A stretch of DNA of 53,960 bases from a virus (taxonomy: Duplodnaviria > Caudoviricetes). The position numbers and the translations under genes are program-made. The notes below the pieces were generated by a model. The model did not search any database. It saw only the letters and a program-made list of their open reading frames with translations, and had not been told where the DNA came from. Within the stretch, counting starts at the first letter, position 1. Each line of letters starts with the position of its first letter. Where the stretch lies: positions 1-53,960 of the IMG/VR virus record IMGVR_UViG_3300042464_000289; one strand, 5' to 3'. Below are positions 1-8,959 of the stretch, piece by piece.

Positions 1-155
1 GTGATAGCTGAAGAACATTGTATAGCTAGCCAGTAGATACCAGGTTGTAACGTTATGTTTATAGTGCCTTCCTTCTCACCTGTAGTAGTGGTACTTATGT
101 TACCGCTATTAGCTATAGGTGTGCCGCTAGGGACACCAGGGTTAGCAGGGTTAGA
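1..155. repeat. Terminal direct repeat, left copy (circular overlap)
   Basis: Identical to 53806-53960 except position 127 (C) vs 53932 (T); the fibre reading frame is continuous across the join. Confidence 0.95.
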
Positions 156-2819
156 TCCGAATACTGCCATTAGTAGGTTCCACCCTGTAGCGCCTACAGT
201 AAGGTTACACCCTATCTTAGTAAAGGTAGTAGTGGCTCTTACTATGAACGGCACATAGTATATTCTACCTGATGATAGGGCCTTAGCTGCTACATCAGTA
301 GAGCAATAGCAGGAGTAATATCTAGCAGCTACATAATGGCAGTGATGCCTTGAGATGTCACCGTAGAATATTACATCGTCTGCAGTAGCGGAGGACAGTA
401 CATTTATACCTACAGTACCTGTAGTAACTAAGTCTGCAGAAGAGCCGCTAGTATACCTAGGAATTCTGTTTGCTGCAGGTGTAAGTGCGTTAATAGCAGT
501 TAGCGCTGCATTCAACGTAGGGACACCTAAAGTAGCTCTAGCAGTAGTAGCGTCTGCATCATCTAACAGCGTACGCGCGAAGGCAGTGAACGTAGCCAGC
601 GCAGCAGTACCGCTACCAGTGAAATAAGGCAGCTTATCGGCAGCGCTTGTAAGTCCTGCCACTGCCTGAAGGTTAGGGTTCTGTGCTTGTACGTTAGTGC
701 CTATTACTAGGCCTAACGTAGCCCTTCCTGCTGTGGCGTCTGCGTCGTCTGCTATAGACCTTCCAAAGGCAGTAAAGTTAGCTAGAGCCATAGCTCCAGC
801 GCCTGTGAAATATGGTAGCCTGTCAGCAGCGCCTGTCAGCCCTGCTAGTGCTGATAGATTAGTTACTGATGCAAGGCCTGCAATGGTTCCTAGGTTAGCT
901 ATAGAAGCGTAGCCTATGAACGTAGTAAGGTTAGCTATAGAGGCGTAGCCTGCTATAGTTACTAAGTGCGATACAGACGCTAGTCCTGACAAGCTCTGTA
1001 AGTTAGCGTGGTAAGCTTGTACGGCAGTGCCTATGCCTACTCCTAATGTAGTTCTAGCTGAAGCTGCGTCTACGTCATCTAGTAGAGTTCTGCTGTAAGC
1101 TGTTACACTGGTTACGGCAGCACTGCCTGAACCAGTGTAATAGATCATAGTATCGGCAGAAGTGCTAGCGCCTGCTATAGCAGCTAGGTTACTGTTAAAG
1201 GCTTGAACGTTAGTACCTATAACCAGACCTAAGTGAACTCTAGCGTCTGTAGAATTAGCTACTGCTACTAGGTCCCTAGCGTATGCAGTGAAGACGTTAA
1301 CTGCTAGAACGTCTGCATCTGTGAAGTAGGGTAGCCTGTCTGCTGCTGCAGTAAGGTTAGACAGTGACTGCAGCTTAGCGTTTTGCGCTTGTACGTTAGT
1401 GCCTAGTACTAGACCTAAAGTAACTCTAGCAGTAGTAGAGTCTACATCGTCTAAGAGTGTACGCGCGAAGGCAGTGAACGTAGCCAGCGCAGCAGTACCG
1501 CTACCAGTGAAATAAGGCAGCGTATCGGCAGCGCTTACTAGGGTAGACAGGGCTAGTAGTTCAGGGTCAGAACTAGGGCTACCCGTAGGTCCTGCAGGTC
1601 CCGTAGCTCCCGTAGCTCCCGTAGCTCCCGTAGGCCCTGTAGCTCCCGTAGGTCCTGCAGGTCCTGTAGCTCCTGCAGGTCCCGTAGGTCCTGTAGCTCC
1701 AGTAGGGCCTACGTCTCCTGTTAACCCTGTAGAGCCTGCAGGCCCTGCAGGGCCTGCAGGTCCCGTAGCTCCCGTAGGGCCTGCAGGTCCCGTTAATCCT
1801 GTAGCTCCCGTTAATCCTGTAGCTCCCGTAGCTCCTGCAGGTCCCGTAGGTCCTGCAGGTCCCGTAGCTCCCGTAGGGCCTGCAGGTCCAGTTAATCCTG
1901 TAGCTCCTGTAGGTCCTGCAGGTCCAGTTAATCCTATAGGGCCTGTAGCTCCTGTAGGCCCTGTTAATCCCTGAGGCCCCTGGTCGCCCTGTATTCCCTG
2001 AGGGCCTTGCGCTCCCGTAGGTCCTGCAGGCCCTGTTAATCCTGTAGCTCCCGTAGGTCCCGTAGCTCCTGCTACGCCTGCTGCTCCTGCTGTTCCCGTA
2101 GCTCCTGTAGGTCCAGTTAATCCGGTAGGACCTGTTAACCCCTGAGGCCCTGTAAGGCCTGTAGCTCCAGTAGCTCCCGTAGCTCCCGTAGGGCCTGCAG
2201 GCCCTGTGTCTCCTGTATCTCCTTTATCGCCCTTAGGCCCTGCTACTCCTGCAGGTCCCTGAGGCCCTGTAGCTCCTGTAGCTCCTGTAGCGCCGGTTAA
2301 TCCCGTAGCTCCTGCAGGTCCCGTAGCTCCTGCAGGTCCCGTTAATCCCGTAGCTCCAGTAGGTCCTGTAGCTCCTGCTACTCCCTGAGGTCCCTGAGGT
2401 CCCTGAGGTCCTGCGTCTCCTGTATCGCCCTTAGGTCCTTGTGGTCCTGTAGCACCAGTAGCGCCGACACCTGCAGCGCCTGTAGCTCCTGTAGGTCCTG
2501 TTAATCCTATAGGGCCTGCTACTCCCTGTAAGCCCTGAGGTCCTGTAGGTCCCGCTACTCCTGCAGGTCCTGTAGCTCCTGCAGGTCCCGTAGGTCCTGT
2601 AGGCCCTGCTACTCCCTGCGCTCCCTGAGGTCCTGCAGGCCCTGGTGTAGAGCTAACTGAGTTTACTAGGGTAGTAATCTGCGCGGACGTTAGGAGGTCT
2701 AGTAGCGTACGTACTTCTGCAGGTGTTTTAACTACAGGAGTGTCGTTAGACCCTCCTACTACGAAGTTGTCTACAGGTATACCAGAAACATCCTGATAAG
2801 CACTGCCTGTACCTGGCAT
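1..2819 (-). CDS. Collagen-like tail fibre/adhesin, 5' part (continues across the join to 53616; ~1002 aa total)
   Basis: ATG at 2819 ([15 protein letters not shown]...), Gly-X-Y run ~2642-1585, then ~60 aa repeats ([28 protein letters not shown]) and a C-terminal globular domain (...[11 protein letters not shown]...). Not in the ORF track because it has no stop before base 1; both ends translated by hand are in the same frame. Confidence 0.9.
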   Translation of the reverse strand, partial: MPGTGSAYQDVSGIPVDNFVVGGSNDTPVVKTPAEVRTLLDLLTSAQITTLVNSVSSTPGPAGPQGAQGVAGPTGPTGPAGATGPAGVAGPTGPQGLQGVAGPIGLTGPTGATGAAGVGATGATGPQGPKGDTGDAGPQGPQGPQGVAGATGPTGATGLTGPAGATGPAGATGLTGATGATGATGPQGPAGVAGPKGDKGDTGDTGPAGPTGATGATGATGLTGPQGLTGPTGLTGPTGATGTAGAAGVAGATGPTGATGLTGPAGPTGAQGPQGIQGDQGPQGLTGPTGATGPIGLTGPAGPTGATGLTGPAGPTGATGPAGPTGPAGATGATGLTGATGLTGPAGPTGATGPAGPAGPAGSTGLTGDVGPTGATGPTGPAGATGPAGPTGATGPTGATGATGATGPAGPTGSPSSDPELLALSTLVSAADTLPYFTGSGTAALATFTAFARTLLDDVDSTTARVTLGLVLGTNVQAQNAKLQSLSNLTAAADRLPYFTDADVLAVNVFTAYARDLVAVANSTDARVHLGLVIGTNVQAFNSNLAAIAGASTSADTMIYYTGSGSAAVTSVTAYSRTLLDDVDAASARTTLGVGIGTAVQAYHANLQSLSGLASVSHLVTIAGYASIANLTTFIGYASIANLGTIAGLASVTNLSALAGLTGAADRLPYFTGAGAMALANFTAFGRSIADDADATAGRATLGLVIGTNVQAQNPNLQAVAGLTSAADKLPYFTGSGTAALATFTAFARTLLDDADATTARATLGVPTLNAALTAINALTPAANRIPRYTSGSSADLVTTGTVGINVLSSATADDVIFYGDISRHHCHYVAARYYSCYCSTDVAAKALSSGRIYYVPFIVRATTTFTKIGCNLTVGATGWNLLMAVFGSNPANPGVPSGTPIANSGNISTTTTGEKEGTINITLQPGIYWLAIQCSSAI
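571..1536. repeat. 78 bp near-exact intragenic direct repeat (571-648 and 1459-1536)
   Basis: gtacgcgcgaaggcagtgaacgtagccagc...tatcggcagcgctt occurs twice with one mismatch; these are two of about six degenerate ~60 aa repeats. Confidence 0.9.
1585..2642 (-). repeat. Collagen (Gly-X-Y)n tandem 9-nt repeats
   Basis: Recurrent gga gct acg / gga cct gca / gga cct acg codon triplets ([15 protein letters not shown]). Confidence 0.95.
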
Positions 2820-2824
2820 AAGTA

Positions 2825-3172
2825 TTACTGCCTAGACGATAAAAACACCTGAACTAACACACGAAGTATTAGAAGTAGTACCCTTTCCGAAGTGAGTAGG
2901 CGCAAAATCCAGGGGATTAGAGGCAGTACTATAGGCAGTAGCTTAGTATGAAAATCAAAGTCCTGCTCTATCTGTTCCCTCGTATAGCCGCCTAGAGTTT
3001 CTAGGCCAGTACTGGCATCTGCCTTATATACCCTTAGAAAAGCTTTAGACACTCTAGGCAGTTTAGCTCTAGCCTTACCTAGGTCTTCTGCATTGTATAG
3101 AGAGGAACCGCAGAGAAGGCGATTGCCTGACAACATTGTAAGCGCCAGTGCGTTTAGTTGGTTTTCATTCAC
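2825..3172 (-). CDS. Hypothetical protein with hydrophobic C-terminus
   Basis: 115 aa, overlaps upstream stop; C-terminal [16 protein letters not shown]...[13 protein letters not shown]. Confidence 0.65.
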   Translation of the reverse strand: MNENQLNALALTMLSGNRLLCGSSLYNAEDLGKARAKLPRVSKAFLRVYKADASTGLETLGGYTREQIEQDFDFHTKLLPIVLPLIPWILRLLTSERVLLLILRVLVQVFLSSRQ

Positions 3173-3558
3173 TTAAGTCTAACCCTTAGTAAGCCTGTCT
3201 TAAACCTAATGACTACAGATTCCTTCTCTGCTTCTAAGGCTGTTACAGTAAGTCTTACCGGAACGCCTGCAGCTTTACCTGTTACAGTTACACCTGACAC
3301 AATACTAGCGCCGCTAGTATTAAGTCTAATGTAAGCGCCTTCTGCTACCTCTACTGTCCAGTCCCCTGCCTTATGTCTTCCAGTACGTAGCATAGACACA
3401 GCTACCGCTACTGCGTCATCTGCTAGGTCTAGCTCTACATCGTATAAGGAACCTACTGGTAGCTCCTTTGGTTCTACTATAACGGAAGTACTCCTGTTAG
3501 CCCATAAGACTACCAGGAGTACAGCGCCGACAAGTGCAAAGGCTCTTATCTTGTCCAC
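3169..3558 (-). CDS. N-terminally membrane-anchored hypothetical protein
   Basis: AFALVGAVLLVVLW anchor followed by beta-rich region; coupled to neighbours. Confidence 0.65.
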   Translation of the reverse strand: MDKIRAFALVGAVLLVVLWANRSTSVIVEPKELPVGSLYDVELDLADDAVAVAVSMLRTGRHKAGDWTVEVAEGAYIRLNTSGASIVSGVTVTGKAAGVPVRLTVTALEAEKESVVIRFKTGLLRVRLK

Positions 3559-4481
3559 GTTATTACGCGCCTTCTGTTATTGCCTTTGATAGTGTAGTTA
3601 GGTGTAGTTCTAGTGGGAGGGTGTAAGGAATTGTGTAGCGCTTCTATCTGCTCATCTGTCATGGAATCCAGCCTGTACTGAGGTACTCCATGATCGTCTC
3701 TCAGGTGGTAGTAGTTCGGTATCCTAGGAGCGCCGTCTACGCTACCCTTAGCCGCCTGCTGTGATATGCCTGCCTGCCTTACAATGTCCTGCCATTTCAT
3801 AGGTCCTAGGCCGCGCCATATTTCTACGCCGTCTCTGTTCCTTAGAATGAACGTAGGCAGCTTAGTAACTCCTAGAAGCTTAGCGCTATCAGAGTTAGCA
3901 GTGTAGTTAATCTTATTTAGTACGCCTGTAGGATATGTGTCCGCCCATGCGTTAGCGTCAAAGAACCTACATGGTTCGCACCATGTATCTGTCCACATGT
4001 CTACAGTATACTCAGGTCCTTCTGCCTTAGCAGGTTCTTCCTCTACAGCCTTGCTGAGTGCGCCTAAGTCTGTACGTAGCTTAGCAGACACTGCTACAGC
4101 TATACGTTCTACGTCTTCGTCTGAAAGCCTGTACTGCCCTGCTACCTCCTTAGCTAACCTGTCTACGTCTTCAGCAGTAAGGCCAGGCGCCTTATATGCC
4201 TGTTCCTGTACTTTGGCTACTGCTTCCTCTAGGCCTTCTATGTCGTCTGACATTACCCTTACAGAGGTAGCTAGGTTCTGCTGTTCGCAGTCTTCCTCTG
4301 CAGCCTGCTGTACTACTGTCTGTAGTACTTCCTCCTGCTCTGCAGGCTTACTAGCTGTTAGTTCCTTCAGCGCTCTACTAGCTGAGTCTATGCCTACGTG
4401 CTCTACCTTTAGAGTAGTCCCGCACCCTGCTAGCGCCATAGCTAACATGAATACTAAGACCTTCTGCGTTTTGTGTCCCAC
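3546..4481 (-). CDS. Lipoprotein with coiled coil and thioredoxin-like CxxC domain
   Basis: Signal peptide with lipobox LAGC; coiled-coil middle; WTDTWCEPCR active-site-like motif and GVTKLPTFIL cis-Pro loop; His-rich C-terminal motif HLRDDHG...LHNSLH. Confidence 0.8.
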   Translation of the reverse strand: MGHKTQKVLVFMLAMALAGCGTTLKVEHVGIDSASRALKELTASKPAEQEEVLQTVVQQAAEEDCEQQNLATSVRVMSDDIEGLEEAVAKVQEQAYKAPGLTAEDVDRLAKEVAGQYRLSDEDVERIAVAVSAKLRTDLGALSKAVEEEPAKAEGPEYTVDMWTDTWCEPCRFFDANAWADTYPTGVLNKINYTANSDSAKLLGVTKLPTFILRNRDGVEIWRGLGPMKWQDIVRQAGISQQAAKGSVDGAPRIPNYYHLRDDHGVPQYRLDSMTDEQIEALHNSLHPPTRTTPNYTIKGNNRRRVITWTR

Positions 4482-4493
4482 TGTGCCGTTCTC

Positions 4494-5321
4494 CTACCTT
4501 GTTACAGGGCGTGCGATGTAGTCCCACCTAGGGGCTACAATGCCCTTAGCTGTGGTCATGCCCCACATTGTTGTATACCGAGCGCTAAACATCCCGTCTA
4601 ACACCCTACGCTTAAGTAGCGTAGTACCTTTGTCTGCCCAGCGTATGCTGTGCGAATTTATAAGCCTAGGGCAGGTATCGCCGTTAAGCTTCTTATAGCC
4701 TGCTATGGTCACACTGTGTCCGCCTGCGCTGCGTCCTGAGTAGTTCTCTACTATAGGCCCTGCGCCAGACAATGACGATAGCCAGGATATACCTATATGT
4801 AGAGGCCCCTGATTAGATTCTACCCACGTTATAACATCATCTGGTGAAGTCATACGGAAGAACTTAACCACTGAGTAAACGCGGTTAGCTTCTGCTTCCT
4901 GGCGTGTACCTGGCGCAGGTGGTTGTCTTGTGTATCGCTGCGGGTATGTCCAGAACTTCTCTAGGCACAGGCCCTTAGTTATAACGTTAAGTCCGTTACG
5001 TACTGTAGAGCCTTCGTCTCCGTTAATCCCGTCTAGCTCCTGCGTCCATATGTAGGCGCCCATACGGGTTAGCTGCAGTATCTCGCCTGTCTCCAGGTAG
5101 ATTACAATTTCGCCTGACGTTGCAAGGCTGTTGCCCTGGCAGCTTCCTATAGGTAACTGGTCTTCTATTCTAAGCCAGGCTCTATAGTCTATCTCAGGAG
5201 GTACGTCGGACTTCGCATAATCAGCGCAGGCAGACTTAGAAATAACGTCTGCTTCACTCATAGCGTTAAGCAGGTCAAAGTCTTCTAGGTCATAACGCCA
5301 GGTGTTAATAGTTTCCGCCAT
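4494..5321 (-). CDS. Papain-like cysteine peptidase (C1 family)
   Basis: VPPEIDYR, DQLPIGSC (oxyanion Gln, catalytic Cys), GGHSVTIAGY (His), INSHSIRWADKG (Asn). Confidence 0.9.
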   Translation of the reverse strand: MAETINTWRYDLEDFDLLNAMSEADVISKSACADYAKSDVPPEIDYRAWLRIEDQLPIGSCQGNSLATSGEIVIYLETGEILQLTRMGAYIWTQELDGINGDEGSTVRNGLNVITKGLCLEKFWTYPQRYTRQPPAPGTRQEAEANRVYSVVKFFRMTSPDDVITWVESNQGPLHIGISWLSSLSGAGPIVENYSGRSAGGHSVTIAGYKKLNGDTCPRLINSHSIRWADKGTTLLKRRVLDGMFSARYTTMWGMTTAKGIVAPRWDYIARPVTR

Positions 5322-5322
5322 G

Positions 5323-5442
5323 CTACCTAATCCTTAGTAGGGCCTTACACATGAACACAAAAAGTCTTACTGCTGCTAGTATGACTGCGCACACAGTGAC
5401 TATGAAAAACACTAGACCTAGCAGGCCTATTATGCAGGTCAT
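5323..5442 (-). CDS. 39 aa single-TM membrane peptide (not in ORF track)
   Basis: MTCIIGLLGLVFFIVTVCAVILAAVRLFVFMCKALLRIR; ATGA overlap with the upstream stop, ends 1 nt before the peptidase ATG. Confidence 0.7.
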   Translation of the reverse strand: MTCIIGLLGLVFFIVTVCAVILAAVRLFVFMCKALLRIR

Positions 5443-5885
5443 TTTTCTTCCGCCTTAGGCTGTAGGCCTGCCTTCAAAAGCTTAGAGTCTAACTCTTCTA
5501 AGGCCTTAGTAATGTTACCGTAGACTTCCCTAGCCTTTGCTGGCGTCCAGGTACTTTTCTTACTGCCTTCATCAGGTGCAAAGGCTTTACTAAGGTACTC
5601 ATCTAGAGGCAGGTAGGCCTGGTTAGTAGCTTCCTTCTGCAGCTTCAACAGAGACTCATTGAACTGCGTTTCTGTGGTAGTGTCTGTTAGCTGCTCTAGT
5701 GCTGCCTTATAGGCGCCTGCACTGTATGACACTAGCCTAGGCGTAACATGTGCTGCGGGGTGCGTTAGTCCTGTAGGCCGCGCGTCCTTGTCTCTGGTAG
5801 CGTTAGAGTAGATAGCGCTGCCTACGAACATAGCGCACAGCAGTAGCATTATTTTTCTGTAGTCTACTTCACCCATTAGAAACAT
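5439..5885 (-). CDS. Membrane-anchored/exported hypothetical protein
   Basis: N-terminal IMLLLCAMFVGSAIY hydrophobic segment, helical remainder. Confidence 0.65.
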   Translation of the reverse strand: MFLMGEVDYRKIMLLLCAMFVGSAIYSNATRDKDARPTGLTHPAAHVTPRLVSYSAGAYKAALEQLTDTTTETQFNESLLKLQKEATNQAYLPLDEYLSKAFAPDEGSKKSTWTPAKAREVYGNITKALEELDSKLLKAGLQPKAEEK

Positions 5886-6495
5886 CCTCTGACCACTGCG
5901 CCGCCATAGCTGTGGCTATACCGGCATACGTTAAGGACCTTAGCTTGCCTCTATTAGGTCCAGGGGACATGTTATGAACTTTACTTTCCCTGCCGTCTAC
6001 TATGTTGGTAGGCAGTAGGTTAGGCAGGCCCTTAAGCCATAGACAGGTAGCCTTAGTTTCACCGTGTCCGAATTGCCAGGGCTGTATAATCTGGCTAGGC
6101 TTTCTAAGCCTGCTAGATATAATGCTGATAGGGTTCTCAATTGCAAGGTGTGCAACAGGCAGGCCTAGCATATACTCTACTAGCTTAAGCGCTGCTTCCT
6201 GTTCTGCTTCGTACTTATGGAAGTGAAGGGCGCCGCTAACTGCTAGCCTAGTACAGGGAGGGTGTGCTATTACTAGGTCGTACTTAAGCCTACCTTCGTA
6301 GATGCCCTTAAGTACGTCCCATATGTCACCCTGTATATGCAAGCCTGGTGATTCTGTTGGCAGTAAGTCACAAGACCAGGCCTCGTGTCCTCTAGCTGTG
6401 AAGGCATCCCTAACACGTCCGGAGTATTCACAAGCTACTATAACCTTAAGCTTGCCTTTAGGCCCTAGATACGGAAGTCTTACTACGTTAGCCAT
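5869..6495 (-). CDS. Short phage-type DNA cytosine methyltransferase-like protein
   Basis: VIVACEYSG, WSCDLLP, HPPCT (catalytic PC), AIENP and RSLTYAGIATAMAAQW motifs. Confidence 0.8.
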   Translation of the reverse strand: MANVVRLPYLGPKGKLKVIVACEYSGRVRDAFTARGHEAWSCDLLPTESPGLHIQGDIWDVLKGIYEGRLKYDLVIAHPPCTRLAVSGALHFHKYEAEQEAALKLVEYMLGLPVAHLAIENPISIISSRLRKPSQIIQPWQFGHGETKATCLWLKGLPNLLPTNIVDGRESKVHNMSPGPNRGKLRSLTYAGIATAMAAQWSEDVSNG

Positions 6496-6643
6496 TAGTG
6501 CCTCTATCCACGCCCTAGATATTAGAACGCTGCAGGTACTGACCCTGCTATCCTTCCCATACGTACTGCTTATACTAAGTCTAGACCCTAGTACGGCATC
6601 TGGCCAGATAATACATAGAACGTGGATAGAGGCACTAAGTGTG

Positions 6644-7177
6644 CTACTTAACTACAGAAGACACTACAGAGGCCTTAGGCCTTGCGTCGATAGACTCCAT
6701 CGGAACCGTTAGGCCACCTGAAAGCTTAGCCCAGGCCTGGCTTAGTTCCTTACTTAAGTCTATGTCCGGGCGTTTGCTATGCTCTGTAGTAAGCAGCGCC
6801 AGAATACCTATGATAAGGTCTGGAAGTTTGCCGTCTGCCTTACCTACAGAGAACTGTAGTAGTCTGATTAGTTCGCTAGTAACCAGCGCCCTAGAATCAG
6901 GGGACTGGCTTATCAGTGTAGATAGTTCCTGGACTAGCGCAGGAAGGCGAGTGATAGCCTGCTGCTCTGTGATAGGAAGATTCTCGCCTATTACAGGCTT
7001 CTTAGAAAAGAAAGCCTGTAGTGCCTTTAAGATAGGCTGTACTGGTGACGGGATAGCTACGCCTACCGTAACTAGAATAGCTACGATAGCCATAAGGCTG
7101 TTTTGTGATAAGGTGAAGTTCAGTAGGTCAGACATGGGCGTTAGCCTTAGAAGTGTGTAGAAAGTTACCTCTACCAT
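6644..7177 (-). CDS. Membrane-anchored hypothetical protein
   Basis: LMAIVAILVTVGVAI TM segment; true start may be MSDLLNF. Confidence 0.6.
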   Translation of the reverse strand: MVEVTFYTLLRLTPMSDLLNFTLSQNSLMAIVAILVTVGVAIPSPVQPILKALQAFFSKKPVIGENLPITEQQAITRLPALVQELSTLISQSPDSRALVTSELIRLLQFSVGKADGKLPDLIIGILALLTTEHSKRPDIDLSKELSQAWAKLSGGLTVPMESIDARPKASVVSSVVK

Positions 7178-7205
7178 AGTACTCCTAAGGCTCTTACGCC
7201 GTACA

Positions 7206-7565
7206 TTATTTTTGTGTCTCTATAGTTGATATAGAGTCTGGTCTGCCTTCTTCATCCCTAGCGTCTCTTTCGGCTAGCTCATCCCTTATATCCTGTTCGC
7301 GCTCTGCTACTGCTGCGCGTACGCTTAGTGCTGTTACTGTGTCCTTAACTTCAGAGAATTCTTTGTGCATGTCCTCTATCCTAGCGAACAGCTTAAGCCT
7401 GTCTTCCTCGCACTCCTTTAGCTTAGTACGTATGAAGTTAAAGACAGTAGCGCAGGCTGTAGTCAGAATACCTCCTGCCCATAATATAAAAGTCTGGACA
7501 GGGTCATTAGTGGTTGTAGCTGTTTGGGCTATGGTTAGTATAACCCCTAATGAAGAATAAATCAT
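7206..7565 (-). CDS. TM plus coiled-coil protein (holin-like or lysis-associated?)
   Basis: Hydrophobic N-half (FILWAGGILTTACATVF), then charged coiled coil; overlaps the portal stop. Confidence 0.55.
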   Translation of the reverse strand: MIYSSLGVILTIAQTATTTNDPVQTFILWAGGILTTACATVFNFIRTKLKECEEDRLKLFARIEDMHKEFSEVKDTVTALSVRAAVAEREQDIRDELAERDARDEEGRPDSISTIETQK

Positions 7566-8956
7566 ACCCCTACTGTGCCTCCTGTTGCTGGATCTATTGT
7601 GCCTTCTGTTGTTCCGCCGTTTGCATCTAAGCCGCGCTTCAGTACGTCTAATGGTGAACCGTCCTGGCCTGCTAGAGCAGGGTCCCTAGATGGTATGCCT
7701 GTTATGTCCCTAATAGCCGCCATGTCTACAGAATCGAAGTCTAGTAGTGCAAGGTCTGCGTTTCCTAGTATCTGCTTATATAGGTCCCTTAGGAATAGCT
7801 TTTCGTCTGCCCCTACAGGTGAGCTAATAACCTTAACAGACTTAGCAGCTTCAGGCCCGAAGTTCATGTAGAGGCCTGCGTAGACAGGGCCTTTGTTTAA
7901 GGTAGCTAGTACATAGTCTACCCTATCTGCAGCTACAGTAAGCGCTACGTCTGCGTGCGCTTCTGCTTCTGCCTTTGTTCCATGTTTACCTTCCAGGATA
8001 GCTCGTTCTGGTAACCCTAAGCCTCTCACCTTAAGGGTGTCTAAGTACTGTGCCCTAGCTAGGAAGGAGGCAGCGCCCCCTGCACCTGTTTCCTTAAACT
8101 CTATTTCCCAGTCGTTAGCTGTAATAATCTTGTTATAGGGTTGTCCGCCTGTGGCAGGGCCTAGCGCTGAACTTATGGCAGCAGGTATGCAAAGGCCTCC
8201 ATTAGACTTAATGGAGGCTAAGAGGCTCTTAGCTATAAACAGATTATCTGTCATAGCTCCAGCGTACATTGTCTGCCCTACAGGGTATCTAACTACCCAT
8301 GTACCGCCAGCGCTTTTTTCGTCGTACTTATCAGCGTTAGACATTGTCTTATCGTATCGCTGCATAGTCTGGTCTAAGTCTTCTAGGTCCCCTACTCCAT
8401 AGAAGTTAGAGCCTTCCTGGTACTGGTTGAATAGTACCGCCTTAGCCATGCCTGAGATAGTAAGCTCTGTGTCCTTACCTTTAGCGTCTTTGAACTTCTG
8501 TTGAAAGCCTACAAAGTCTGCTGTAGTAGGGTCTATCAGAATCTTAGTTATGTCTACCAGTAGATTAGTAAAACGATCTACTACCCACTGTCCTGCTTCG
8601 TTAGCTACCCATACAGGCTCTAGCCCGCACCACCCATAATCTATCATAGAAAACAGTGCAGCTTTTAGTATGCTCTGCTTATGCTCTACGAAGCTTTCTA
8701 CTACGTAGTCCTCTGCGCCTTCAGGTGCGCCCTCTGTTGCTTCTACTGTCCAGTCTGCTGCAAGTGCTGGAGCTATACATAGAAGGCGCGCTAACTTAAC
8801 TACAGGGTCCCTTCTTACCTCTCGTGCGCGTGCATACGTAACAGCGCGCGAGTAATCAATGGTAGAGGTCTTATCGTCAAACGTTAGACCCTGTACCATT
8901 TGAAGCGTAGCGAAAGCGCTATCGTCTATCTTTACTGCTTCTACTTCGGTCGGCAT
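7562..8956 (-). CDS. Portal protein (Mu gp29/DUF935-like)
   Basis: 464 aa directly after TerL; DYGWCGLEPVW, NFYGVG, G-T-K-A-E-A-E-A-H pattern. Confidence 0.8.
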   Translation of the reverse strand: MPTEVEAVKIDDSAFATLQMVQGLTFDDKTSTIDYSRAVTYARAREVRRDPVVKLARLLCIAPALAADWTVEATEGAPEGAEDYVVESFVEHKQSILKAALFSMIDYGWCGLEPVWVANEAGQWVVDRFTNLLVDITKILIDPTTADFVGFQQKFKDAKGKDTELTISGMAKAVLFNQYQEGSNFYGVGDLEDLDQTMQRYDKTMSNADKYDEKSAGGTWVVRYPVGQTMYAGAMTDNLFIAKSLLASIKSNGGLCIPAAISSALGPATGGQPYNKIITANDWEIEFKETGAGGAASFLARAQYLDTLKVRGLGLPERAILEGKHGTKAEAEAHADVALTVAADRVDYVLATLNKGPVYAGLYMNFGPEAAKSVKVISSPVGADEKLFLRDLYKQILGNADLALLDFDSVDMAAIRDITGIPSRDPALAGQDGSPLDVLKRGLDANGGTTEGTIDPATGGTVGV

Positions 8957-8959
8957 TTG

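Noticed and set aside
1-155. Diversity-generating retroelement (AAC vs AGC difference in the fibre tip)
   Set aside because: No reverse transcriptase and no separate template repeat; the two copies are the same locus across the circular join.
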